In this document: positions 7,787-16,287 of the stretch, in pieces
How the letters are laid out: every line of letters begins with the position of its first letter
Position numbering within the stretch: the first letter of the stretch is position 1
Source of the DNA: Minisyncoccota bacterium
GTDB taxonomy: Bacteria; Patescibacteriota; Minisyncoccia; Moranbacterales; UBA2206
DNA: 52,244 nt
Direction: 5' to 3'
Assembly (NCBI GenBank): GCA_031291955.1
Contig: JARLIA010000012.1
Coordinates: 1-52,244 of the forward strand
Program-made: the position numbers and the translations under genes
Notes under the pieces: generated by a model
Databases searched by the model: none
The model's input: only the letters and a program-made list of their open reading frames with translations
Told to the model about the DNA's origin: nothing

Positions 7787-8626
7787 CTAGATTGCCGGCA
7801 AGGTTTCCTTGGCCGGCTCTCCGGTTTCCCAGAGGAAGATAATTTTATCGAACGCCACCGCGATGAACGCCAGCGGCAAAAGAGAAAGCGCGAACATAAA
7901 AATCAACTCCACGCCGGCGAGCGCCAGAGCATAGACATCGATCCGGCTGCTTTGAAAACCATTTCTCGCTTGACTCAAAGCTCCTCCGTTCTGGCCAGCG
8001 CCGTCCGCGACCGAATTTTGATCGGAAAGATTCATGTCCTTGCTCGACAAGACTTGCGGCGCAATCTTGGCCCCGTCTTTTATCAGATTCTTGTCCGGCG
8101 CGGACATTGTGTTTTGTTTGCTTTGCGGCATTAGCACGAAATCAGCTCGCGAGCCGAATTCCTCAACCGCCAAAAGAGAAGTCTGTCCATCCACCGTTCC
8201 CGCGCCGATCGCGATGCCGGTTTCTTCATAATTCGGATTCAAAATATTTTTCTTGTGTTCAGGACTATTCATCCAGGCGGTATTCTCATCTTCGGCGGCG
8301 GTGAAATTGATAGCCAGATTCTCGCCGGCGTATCGATAATCATAATTTTCCTGGTCGAACCAATGCCAAGGCGTGACACCTTGGGGATTGTTGTGGGCGA
8401 AATAATGATTGGCAATCATGTCATTCAGATGATCAGTCGCCGCGGCCGTCAGCTTGGTATTCAAAACCAAGTCAGGCAAACCTTGCGTTTCGCGGTCCTG
8501 ATTGATGAGCGAAAGCACGTTCGGCACCGTGATCTGATCAGCCCAGACCGGCCCCGTCGCCGCAAAGAACAGACCGAGAATGACGGCTGTCCAGACGGAA
8601 TATTTAGTTAGAGTTTTATTCTTCAT
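7787..8626 (-). CDS. CAP/SCP (YkwD-like) domain protein with a signal peptide and a C-terminal TM anchor
   Basis: LINQDRETQGLPDL...HLNDMIANHYFAHNNPQG...YAGENLA...AWMNSPEHKKNILNPNYEETGI matches the CAP-domain motifs. Confidence 0.75.
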   Translation of the reverse strand: MKNKTLTKYSVWTAVILGLFFAATGPVWADQITVPNVLSLINQDRETQGLPDLVLNTKLTAAATDHLNDMIANHYFAHNNPQGVTPWHWFDQENYDYRYAGENLAINFTAAEDENTAWMNSPEHKKNILNPNYEETGIAIGAGTVDGQTSLLAVEEFGSRADFVLMPQSKQNTMSAPDKNLIKDGAKIAPQVLSSKDMNLSDQNSVADGAGQNGGALSQARNGFQSSRIDVYALALAGVELIFMFALSLLPLAFIAVAFDKIIFLWETGEPAKETLPAI

Positions 8627-8755
8627 ATTTTTATTCGTAGCTTCACATCGGCCATAAAAACAAAAAAACCGGGCTTTTCACCCGGTGTTTGCGACTGTTT
8701 CCAACCACTTACATACCCATTATAGCAGATTTTTTCCGTTAGCGCAAGCTCCGCG

Positions 8756-8796
8756 AAAAAAAGAGGCCGGCTGTCATAATTCTGCGACAGCCGGCC
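8756..8796 (-). terminator. Rho-independent terminator after the small zinc-ribbon gene pair
   Basis: An 11-bp stem ggccggctgtc/gacagccggcc is followed by a T-run on the minus strand. Confidence 0.75.
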
Positions 8797-8826
8797 AAAC
8801 CATCAGTTTCCACAAGACATCCTTTC

Positions 8827-9021
8827 TTATACAGCAGCGCGGTAAAGCTTAAATATTTTCTGCTGCCTGCTGCAATTCCAGCAGAGACCTTCTTCCAAGA
8901 GGTCCTCGCCCCGGTACATTTTTCCGCAAGTCCCCTGGCAAGGCTCTGCCTGATGCCTGGTTACGGAACCAAGAAAATGTCCGAGAAGCAACAGCATCAC
9001 AACTCCACATAACCAATACAT
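8827..9021 (-). CDS. Small membrane protein with a C-terminal Cys cluster
   Basis: Started at the internal ATG (9021), which is preceded by GGAGGG plus a 5-nt spacer: MYWLCGVVMLLLLGHFLG...CQGTCGK...CWNC. It begins 1 nt after the stop of 9023-9223. Confidence 0.55.
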   Translation of the reverse strand: MYWLCGVVMLLLLGHFLGSVTRHQAEPCQGTCGKMYRGEDLLEEGLCWNCSRQQKIFKLYRAAV

Positions 9022-9022
9022 T

Positions 9023-9223
9023 TCACCCTCCTTCCATTGAATCAACCAGGCATTGTGGACAAAGTTGTCCGGCTTCTCCATAGCCAATCCTTTCGTCAAC
9101 CGGAGTGCTATGACGAAATTCCGTCTTGGAGCCACATATGACACAAAGGTCATATCCGTCCGGACTAACAAACTTTCTACCCGCTTTTATAAAACGATCA
9201 GACACTTCAATCAATTTTCCCAT
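9023..9223 (-). CDS. Small zinc-ribbon protein
   Basis: Strong RBS GAGGAGG. It has CVICGSK...CPQC. Confidence 0.6.
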   Translation of the reverse strand: MGKLIEVSDRFIKAGRKFVSPDGYDLCVICGSKTEFRHSTPVDERIGYGEAGQLCPQCLVDSMEGG

Positions 9224-9234
9224 TAAAACCTCCT

Positions 9235-12200
9235 CTACGTCTTTTTGATGGAAATATTTATTTCCCGCCCCTCGACAACAAACTTCTTCTCGAGGTCAGG
9301 ATTGTCCAAGGAACTTACTTTACTATCCGCCAGAGTTTCTCTGGCAATCAGATCACCAAATTTAGAAAACACTTCCGACCAACCACTGTAGCACACTTTA
9401 ATGTGATTGTCAACCTGATAGCCGGCTTCTTTTCTCATCTCCTGGATATGCCGGATGATTTCCCGCGCCACGCCTTCCAGCTTTAGCTCCTCCGTGATTT
9501 CAGTGTCAAGCTTAACATTTTCCAGAATTTTATCAATCGTAACTTTCTTAATGTTGACTTCTTCTTTTACGATATCCAGAAATTCATTGCGTAGCTCCTG
9601 ATTGATAAATAATTCAGACAAAGGTTGACGAACTTTGATCTTCGCCTTGGCGCGCAGTTGCAAAGCTTCGGTAATAATGTTCCTGGCCTCGGCCATTTCA
9701 CAATTCAGCTTCTCGTCGATCAACTTTTCATCAGCCACCGGAAAATCCGCCAGATGCACCGAAGTGACGCCCCCCTCGCCCGTACTCGGGAGAGGGGCCG
9801 GGGGAGAGGGCAATGCCAGATTGCGATATATTTCTTCCGCGATAAACGGCGTGAACGGCGCCATGAGTTTGGCGAGCGTCACCAAGACATAGTGCAAAGT
9901 TTCATATGCTTCTTTTTTGTCAGTGTCGCTTTCGCTTTTCCAAAACCGGCGGCGAGAACGGCGGATATACCAGTTAGAAAGGTTGTCGATGAAGCGCGGG
10001 AAGAGTCTCGCCGCCCGCGTTAGCTCATAGCTTTCCATATTCCGATTAACTTCTTTAATCAATATTTGTAATTCAGAAATAATCCATTTGTCCAAAAGAT
10101 TCTCTCCGGTAGAGACGCGATTAATCGCGTCTCTACGCGAAGGAATAAATCCGTCAATATTCGCGTACAGAACAAAAAACGAATATGAATTCCAAAGCAT
10201 CCTAAAAATTCCGCGCACGAGCTCCGCCACGTCGGCTTCTTTGAAATTCAAATTTTCCGCCTGCATGACCGGAGAGCTCAAAAGATAATAGCGCAAAGGA
10301 TCGGCCCCGTATTTATCAAAAATATAAGTCGGGTCCGGATAATTCTGCAGGCGCTTGGCCATTTTCTTGCCGTCTTCGGCCAAAACGATGCCATTCACGA
10401 CAACATTATTGAAAGCGCGTGAATCGACGATAGCGCTGGCAATGACATGGAGATAGTAGAACCAAGCGCGGGTCTGGTCGACGCCCTCGGCGATAAACTC
10501 GGCCGGGAAACCCTCCTCAAATTGTTCCTTATTTTCAAATGGATAATGCGATTGAGCGTACGGCATAGAACCACTGTCAAACCACGTGTCCAAAACATCC
10601 GGAATGCGTCTCATTTCACCAGAACATTTATTACACCCAAAAGTGATTTTATCCACAACATCTTTATGAAGATCAGTAACCGTTTTGCCGCTTAAATTTT
10701 CCAGCTCTTTGACCGACCCGATGACTTTAATCTCATGGCATTCTTCGCATTTCCAAATCGGCATGACCGACGCCCAAAATCTCTGGCGGGAAATCGACCA
10801 GTCGCGGGCGCTGTCCAACCAATTTCCCCAGCGTCCGTCCTTGATGTGCTCAGGCGACCAGTTGATATCACCCGACAGTTCAATCATCCGTTCCTTGAAT
10901 TTTGAAATATTCACGAACCAGGAAGTGGTGGCGTAATTGATGAGCGGCGTGTCACAGCGCCAACAATGTGGATAGGGGTGTTCATATTTTTCTTTGGCGA
11001 ACAAAAGATCGTGATGTGCCAGATATTTTATGATTTCCACATCCGTGCTTTGCGTGTCTCCCAGTGGCTTCACATGAAGGCCGGCGAATTCTTTGGCTTC
11101 ATCTTTGATGACACCATCCATTCCGACGTGCTGGATAAATGGCAAGGAATATTTTTTGCCCAGGTTCATGTCGTCTTCCCCAAACGCCGGCGCGATGTGC
11201 ACCACGCCCGTTCCCTCCTCGGTCGTCACAAAATCTCCAGCGTAAATCTTCCAGCCGTTCTCGCGGTTTTTCAATTTTTCATCTTTTGAATAATAATCAA
11301 AAAGCGGTTTGTATTTTTTACCAACCAAATCAACACCAGATATTGACCCCACCACTTTATACTCTACGCCCTTTTCTGAAATAATATATTTAGGTAATTC
11401 ATTTAAGTCTGGATGTGAATCTCTTGTTTCATTAAAAGTTTTACCAAAAACATTATGGAGAATTTTAATGTCATACCCGACTATTATTTTTTCTTCTTTT
11501 GATTTTTCTAAAATTATATAATTTATATCTTTTTTTATCGCCAGCGCCACATTGCCGATCAATGTCCATGGTGTCGTTGTCCAAGCCAGAACATATGTTT
11601 TACCCTCGCCGCGGAGAGACGCAAGATCTTGCGTCTCCACAAGTTCGAACTTCGCCATCGCCGACAAATCCTTGACCATTTTGTATCCTTCCGCCACTTC
11701 CGATTGCGAAAGCGTCGTCTCACAACGCGGGCAGATGTGCATCGAACGGTAGCCTTCATAAATCAACCCCCGATCATAAAGTTCCTTGAAAACCCACCAG
11801 ACAGATTCCATGAAAGGCAGGTCCATGGTCTTGTAGGAATTTTCCATATCCGCCCAGCGGCCGAGACGATTGATGACTCTTTTCCATTCCTCGACATAGC
11901 CCAGAACTTTCGACCGGCAAAGAGCGTTGAATTTTTCCACTCCGATGGCTTCGATGTCTTTCTTGCTTTTAAAACCCAATTCTTTCTCAACAATGTTCTC
12001 GATCGGCAGACCATGACAATCCCAACCCCACTTCCGCGGCACGCGATAACCCTTCATTGTCCAATATCTCGGCACGACGTCTTTCATGGTGCTAGCCACG
12101 ATGTGTCCATAATGCGGCAATCCGGTGGCAAAAGGCGGCCCATCATAAAAAGTATAAAGCGGACTGTCCGCTCGCGTGGAAATAGATTTTTCAAAAATTT

Positions 12201-12279
12201 TATTCTCTTCCCAAAATTTCAAAACTTCCCCCTCCATCTTCGGCAGATCCATTTTCGACTCGATATTTTTAAAACCCAT
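9235..12279 (-). CDS. ileS: Isoleucyl-tRNA synthetase (long, type-2-like form)
   Basis: It has the HIGH box PHYGH, the KMSKS box KMAKR and the class-Ia editing and anticodon-binding architecture over 1014 aa. A T-box leader lies upstream. Confidence 0.95.
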   Translation of the reverse strand: MGFKNIESKMDLPKMEGEVLKFWEENKIFEKSISTRADSPLYTFYDGPPFATGLPHYGHIVASTMKDVVPRYWTMKGYRVPRKWGWDCHGLPIENIVEKELGFKSKKDIEAIGVEKFNALCRSKVLGYVEEWKRVINRLGRWADMENSYKTMDLPFMESVWWVFKELYDRGLIYEGYRSMHICPRCETTLSQSEVAEGYKMVKDLSAMAKFELVETQDLASLRGEGKTYVLAWTTTPWTLIGNVALAIKKDINYIILEKSKEEKIIVGYDIKILHNVFGKTFNETRDSHPDLNELPKYIISEKGVEYKVVGSISGVDLVGKKYKPLFDYYSKDEKLKNRENGWKIYAGDFVTTEEGTGVVHIAPAFGEDDMNLGKKYSLPFIQHVGMDGVIKDEAKEFAGLHVKPLGDTQSTDVEIIKYLAHHDLLFAKEKYEHPYPHCWRCDTPLINYATTSWFVNISKFKERMIELSGDINWSPEHIKDGRWGNWLDSARDWSISRQRFWASVMPIWKCEECHEIKVIGSVKELENLSGKTVTDLHKDVVDKITFGCNKCSGEMRRIPDVLDTWFDSGSMPYAQSHYPFENKEQFEEGFPAEFIAEGVDQTRAWFYYLHVIASAIVDSRAFNNVVVNGIVLAEDGKKMAKRLQNYPDPTYIFDKYGADPLRYYLLSSPVMQAENLNFKEADVAELVRGIFRMLWNSYSFFVLYANIDGFIPSRRDAINRVSTGENLLDKWIISELQILIKEVNRNMESYELTRAARLFPRFIDNLSNWYIRRSRRRFWKSESDTDKKEAYETLHYVLVTLAKLMAPFTPFIAEEIYRNLALPSPPAPLPSTGEGGVTSVHLADFPVADEKLIDEKLNCEMAEARNIITEALQLRAKAKIKVRQPLSELFINQELRNEFLDIVKEEVNIKKVTIDKILENVKLDTEITEELKLEGVAREIIRHIQEMRKEAGYQVDNHIKVCYSGWSEVFSKFGDLIARETLADSKVSSLDNPDLEKKFVVEGREINISIKKT
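9769..9812. repeat. Hairpin-repeat copy inside the ileS reading frame
   Basis: gcccccctcgcccgtactcgggagaggggccgggggagagggc has the same CCCG-TACT-CGGG core. It is translated as ...LPSPPAPLPSTGEGGV... Confidence 0.7.
10109..10136. repeat. Perfect 28-bp palindrome inside ileS
   Basis: gtagagacgcgatt|aatcgcgtctctac is translated as RRDAINRVST. It is related to the palindrome at 26361-26394. Confidence 0.85.
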
Positions 12280-12288
12280 AGTTTTGAT

Positions 12289-12321
12289 TTACGTAACTAA
12301 TTACGTAATTAATTACGTACC
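12289..12321. repeat. TTACGTAA-type motif array directly upstream of the ileS start
   Basis: The sequence is ttacgtaactaattacgtaattaattacgtacc. Confidence 0.8.
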
Positions 12322-12330
12322 TGATTAGAA

Positions 12331-12515
12331 ATAAAAAAACGCCCAAAACACACACGTTAAGGGCGAACATAGTCGCGGTACCACCTTAATTTTCATGAAA
12401 CCCCCTGTTTTTCATGACTCATTGCGGCTGTTACGGGCTTGCCCGGCGAGATCTACTCTCCTTGCGGATTTCTGCTCGCGACCTTGGGATGGATAGTCCC
12501 TCAAATGTCTTTAGT
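12331..12515 (-). promoter_or_regulatory. T-box leader (tRNA-sensing riboswitch) of ileS with an intrinsic terminator
   Basis: The minus strand reads ...AAUUAAGGUGGUACCGCGACUAUGUUCGCCCUUAACGUGUGUGUUUUGGGCGUUUUUUU. It contains the T-box consensus GGUGGUACCGCG, an antiterminator (uuaagg/ccuuaa, bulge UGGUACC) and a competing terminator cgccc/gggcg plus U-run. An AUC triplet sits in a short upstream hairpin loop. Confidence 0.8.
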
Positions 12516-12519
12516 TCTA

Positions 12520-12849
12520 TTATAAATAACTTATGATCCCTTTGTCCAGCTCGTACACCTCATTGAAACCCAACTGCTGCATCATGCCTAGCGCCGCTTT
12601 CGAGCGATTGCCGCTCCGGCAAAAAATCAGATAGGTATTTTCTTTTCCCAACTCGGAGAGTTTCTGGACAAAATCGCCGGCGTAAAAATCAAGATTTCGG
12701 GCGTCCGGCAAACTACCGCCGGCAAATTCTTGCGGCGTCCGGATATCTAAGATTATAAAATTCTCCTTGCCTTCATTTTCCGCGATTAGTTTTTTGGCTT
12801 CGGGAGACGGAATGGATTTGAACATAATCGCGATGGATTTACTTTCCAA
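12520..12849 (-). CDS. Single-domain rhodanese-like sulfurtransferase
   Basis: FIILDIRTPQEF...active-site loop CRSGNRS...GF. An alternative start is M9 (12825). Confidence 0.8.
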   Translation of the reverse strand: MESKSIAIMFKSIPSPEAKKLIAENEGKENFIILDIRTPQEFAGGSLPDARNLDFYAGDFVQKLSELGKENTYLIFCRSGNRSKAALGMMQQLGFNEVYELDKGIISYL

Positions 12850-13318
12850 GAATATTTTTGTTTTTCGTATAAAATTCCCAAGCTAACCGAATTCTCCGTT
12901 TTATGCCGGAAATGAAATCGATTTCGGCCAGCTTGTTGATCGATTGCCATTTCCACTCTAAATGTTCCTTTTCATCGATCTGAGGCTTCTCGCCATTGAC
13001 GTATCTTTGCCAAAAGCAAACAAAGGCGACACCCGGAATTTTTTTCTGCGCCAAGTCCGGTGCCGGCACTTCATAGGTCCCGAAAACCAAGACGTTTTTC
13101 ACAATCACGCCTAACTCTTGCCGGATCTGACGAATGACCGCTTCTTCAAAATTCTCGCCGGCGTGCACCTGGCCACCGCCGCATTCCCATTTGCCGGGAT
13201 AAAGATTCCGATTTTCCCGCCTTTTCACGATCAGAACTTCAATGTCAGAAATAGTTTCCCGAAAGCAGACACCGGCCACATGGACTTCGATTGTGTGCCG
13301 TTTTTCTTCGCGTGCCAT
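12839..13318 (-). CDS. NUDIX hydrolase
   Basis: The Nudix box is GGGQVHAGENFEEAVIRQIRQELGV. Confidence 0.8.
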   Translation of the reverse strand: MAREEKRHTIEVHVAGVCFRETISDIEVLIVKRRENRNLYPGKWECGGGQVHAGENFEEAVIRQIRQELGVIVKNVLVFGTYEVPAPDLAQKKIPGVAFVCFWQRYVNGEKPQIDEKEHLEWKWQSINKLAEIDFISGIKRRIRLAWEFYTKNKNILGK

Positions 13319-13406
13319 GTTTCTAATATAATCTGAAAAAAATTAATATCTCGACATCCGGCGCGCCATTCGCATTCATTCGCTAACATTGGCTCTGCTT
13401 TCGCGA

Positions 13407-14579
13407 TTAGCGATTTAGCGATTTGTAAACTTCCAGTGTTTCCCGGGCGCACTTTTCCCAATCAAATTTCTCCAGTTGTTTCTTGCCTTTTTCGCGCAGT
13501 TCATTCTTCAGATTCTCATCATTGGCGAGCCTGGTCATGGCGGTAGCAATTTCCTGGGTGCTCAGCGGATCGACCAGAAATGCGGCGTCGCCCGCTACTT
13601 CCGGCACGGACGAAACATTGGAAGCGATGACCGGCGTACCGGTGGCGAAAGCCTCTAGCACCGTCATGCCAAAACCCTCATAAAGCGACGGCATCACGAA
13701 AAAGTCGGCATTCTTGAAAAGCGGCACTAGCTCGTCTCCGATGATGTAGCCGGTAAAAATTACATCTTTGGCGATTCCCAGGTCTTTGGCAATCTGTTTG
13801 TATTCGCTCGCCAGCCAGCCGTTCTTTCCCGCCATTACCAGTTTGTATTCGCTCTTCCCGCTCCCGACATCCGCCCGCGATTCACCAAAAAGTTTGAAAG
13901 CCTCAAAAAGTCGCGTGATGTTTTTGACGGGTTCGATCGTACCCAAGAAAAGAATATATTTCCGGCCGTTGTTGACGCCGTATTTCTCCAGCACTTTTTC
14001 GCGCGACATTTTCGATTCCTCGAATAGTCTTCTGTCAAATCCGCTATAAATAACGTTAATGTTGTTTTCCGGATAGCCGAAAATTTCCCGGATATCTTTT
14101 TCGGTCGATTCGGAAACGGCAATGATACGGTTGGCATGGCTGACCATAAGGCTCAAACTCGTCCGGATCCTGGTTCGCTTTATTTTGGGAAAAACTTCCG
14201 GCACTTTGTAAGCCGCTAGATCATGGATCGTCACCACCGTTTTTCCGCGATAGGCCACCGGGATACGGCTCATGGCCGAGGTGGTATGGACCACGTCCAG
14301 ATGTTCGCGAACCAAAGTGGCCGTGCCCAACAGTTCATTGTAGGCGCCGGGCAGATATTTCTTGTAATCGGAAAAGGGATAGAATTTGATCTTCACGTTC
14401 GGTCGCGAAAACTTCTTGACGTCTTTCTCGCGCACCCGCCAATCAAAGAACAAAACATATTCATTCTCTTTGTCGATTTCCAAAAGGTGGCGGATCAATT
14501 GGTAGGTGTAATGCCCCACCCCGATCGCGTCGCCTTTTTCCGGATTTAAAATTGTTCTAGCGTCTATGCCTATGCGCAT
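13407..14579 (-). CDS. Glycosyltransferase family 4 (GT-B, RfaG-like)
   Basis: It has the C-terminal EX7E-type motif PSLYEGFGMTVLEAFATGTPVIASNVSSVPEVAGDAA. Confidence 0.85.
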   Translation of the reverse strand: MRIGIDARTILNPEKGDAIGVGHYTYQLIRHLLEIDKENEYVLFFDWRVREKDVKKFSRPNVKIKFYPFSDYKKYLPGAYNELLGTATLVREHLDVVHTTSAMSRIPVAYRGKTVVTIHDLAAYKVPEVFPKIKRTRIRTSLSLMVSHANRIIAVSESTEKDIREIFGYPENNINVIYSGFDRRLFEESKMSREKVLEKYGVNNGRKYILFLGTIEPVKNITRLFEAFKLFGESRADVGSGKSEYKLVMAGKNGWLASEYKQIAKDLGIAKDVIFTGYIIGDELVPLFKNADFFVMPSLYEGFGMTVLEAFATGTPVIASNVSSVPEVAGDAAFLVDPLSTQEIATAMTRLANDENLKNELREKGKKQLEKFDWEKCARETLEVYKSLNR

Positions 14580-14610
14580 ACGTTTAAGTATCTTAAACGA
14601 CTTAGGTTTC

Positions 14611-16236
14611 TTACATGTGCTCGGGAGATGAGACTCCGATCAGCCACAGGGTTTCCGCTAAGACTATTCTAACAGATTTGACCAGTTCCAGTCTAGCGGC
14701 TGTCAGCTCCGGGTTTTTCGGATCCAGAACGAGTAACTCATTATAGAACGAATGGAACTTATCGGCAAGCTTTATGGCATAATACGGCAACTTGTGAACT
14801 TCATAGGTTCTCGCGATTTCCGCTACCAGTTCGGGGAATCTGTTGAGCTCCCGGATCAGCCCCAGCTCCTTTTCGTGCGTCAACAATTCAAGTTTTGGAT
14901 TTTGAATTTCGGATTTATAATTTGTTTCGGATTTCGGATTTCGGATTTCGGATTTCTTTAATATGGAGCATATGCGCGCATGCGCATACTGGACGTAAAA
15001 GACCGGATTCTTTTCCGATTTCTCCTTGGCCAAATCAAGATCGAATGTCATATGCGTATCGCGCGAATTCATCAAAAAGAAAAACCTGACCGCGTCATGA
15101 CCGACCTCGGAAAGCAAATCATCAATAGAAACATAAGTTCCTTTTCTTTTGGACATTCGGAATTCTTTCCCGTCTTTTATCACGCGAAGCAGTTGGGTGA
15201 TGATTATTTCCAATTTCCCGCCGTATCCCAAAGCAGAAACCGCCCCCAGCACTCTTTTGACATCCCCATGATGATCCGCGCCCCAAACATCGATCGCGCG
15301 AGAAAAACCGCGCTCAAACTTATTTTTATGATACGCGATATCGCCGCCGAAATAGGTAACTTCCCCGGTTGATTTCTTGATCACCCGGTCTTTCTCGTCT
15401 CCGAATTTCTCCGCCCGGAACCAAACCGCGCCATCTTTTTCATAAATCAGATCTTTTTCCTTGAGGAGCGCGAAAGCTTTCTCCACTTCCCCGCCGACAT
15501 GCAAAGATTTTTCGGAAAAATATTCGTCAAAATTTATTTCCATCTTTTCCATCGACGGCTTGATAATTTCTTCGAGAATAATTTTAGCCGCAACTTGCCC
15601 GACTTCAAACGGATCTTTTGATTTTATCCGGCCGGAAATTTCATCGATATAATCTCCTTTGTATTGCGCTTCTTCGTCTTTTAGGACAGAATGGCCCAAA
15701 ACTTTTATCTGATTGCCAAAATCGTTGACGTAATATTCACGCCAAACTTCGCATCCGTTTTTTTGCAGAATGTTAGCTATCGCGTCGCCCAACGTTCCGC
15801 CCCGGCCGTTCCCGAGCGTCACCGGTCCGGTCGGGTTAGCACTGACAAAATCCAAGTGAACTTTTTCGCCCCTGCCCGTTTCATTATTTCCATATTTTTC
15901 TCCTAACTCGTTTATCTCCCCGACCACTCCTCGCAAATATTTTTTTGATAAATAAAAATTGATATATCCCGGTTTCACTATTTCTATCTTTGAAAATTCT
16001 TTCGGCGTACCCAGAAAACTAACAATCTCTTCCGCGACTTTCAGTGGATTCTTTTTCAATATCTTCCCCAGCGTCATCGCAACATTGGTCGTGTAATCAC
16101 CGAAAGATTCGTTTTTAGGATAATCCACTTCAATTTCCGGCTTGCCCGCCGAAGCATCGGCGAAGGCGGGCCAATTTTCCTGGCTTTTTAGATCATTTAC
16201 AGCTTTTTCTAAAAGTTTTTTTATCTCCTCCTTCAT
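14611..16236 (-). CDS. argS: Arginyl-tRNA synthetase
   Basis: SANPTGPVTLGNGRGG (HIGH region), ...YVQYAHARICSILKK, and a DALR anticodon-binding C-terminus ending in M. Confidence 0.92.
   Translation of the reverse strand: MKEEIKKLLEKAVNDLKSQENWPAFADASAGKPEIEVDYPKNESFGDYTTNVAMTLGKILKKNPLKVAEEIVSFLGTPKEFSKIEIVKPGYINFYLSKKYLRGVVGEINELGEKYGNNETGRGEKVHLDFVSANPTGPVTLGNGRGGTLGDAIANILQKNGCEVWREYYVNDFGNQIKVLGHSVLKDEEAQYKGDYIDEISGRIKSKDPFEVGQVAAKIILEEIIKPSMEKMEINFDEYFSEKSLHVGGEVEKAFALLKEKDLIYEKDGAVWFRAEKFGDEKDRVIKKSTGEVTYFGGDIAYHKNKFERGFSRAIDVWGADHHGDVKRVLGAVSALGYGGKLEIIITQLLRVIKDGKEFRMSKRKGTYVSIDDLLSEVGHDAVRFFFLMNSRDTHMTFDLDLAKEKSEKNPVFYVQYAHARICSILKKSEIRNPKSETNYKSEIQNPKLELLTHEKELGLIRELNRFPELVAEIARTYEVHKLPYYAIKLADKFHSFYNELLVLDPKNPELTAARLELVKSVRIVLAETLWLIGVSSPEHM
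14891..14957. repeat. CGGATTT heptad tandem block inside argS
   Basis: There are 4 exact cggattt units (14928-14955) preceded by related units. It is translated as SEIRNPKSETNYKSEIQNPK. Confidence 0.8.
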
Positions 16237-16287
16237 AATCCTATCCTACTCCGGATATCCCCTAAAATCAAGCGTTTTCTGCCAACC

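Noticed and set aside
11629-12300. 223-aa plus-strand ORF, and several others of 60-130 aa, inside ileS.
   Set aside because: They are shadow ORFs of the ileS frame. The same reasoning applies to 25287-26027 (in recQ), 51433-52155 (in gap), 27087-27686 (in the SIMPL gene), 42443-43039 (in nusG), 22974-23573, 41012-41551 and 38066-38620.
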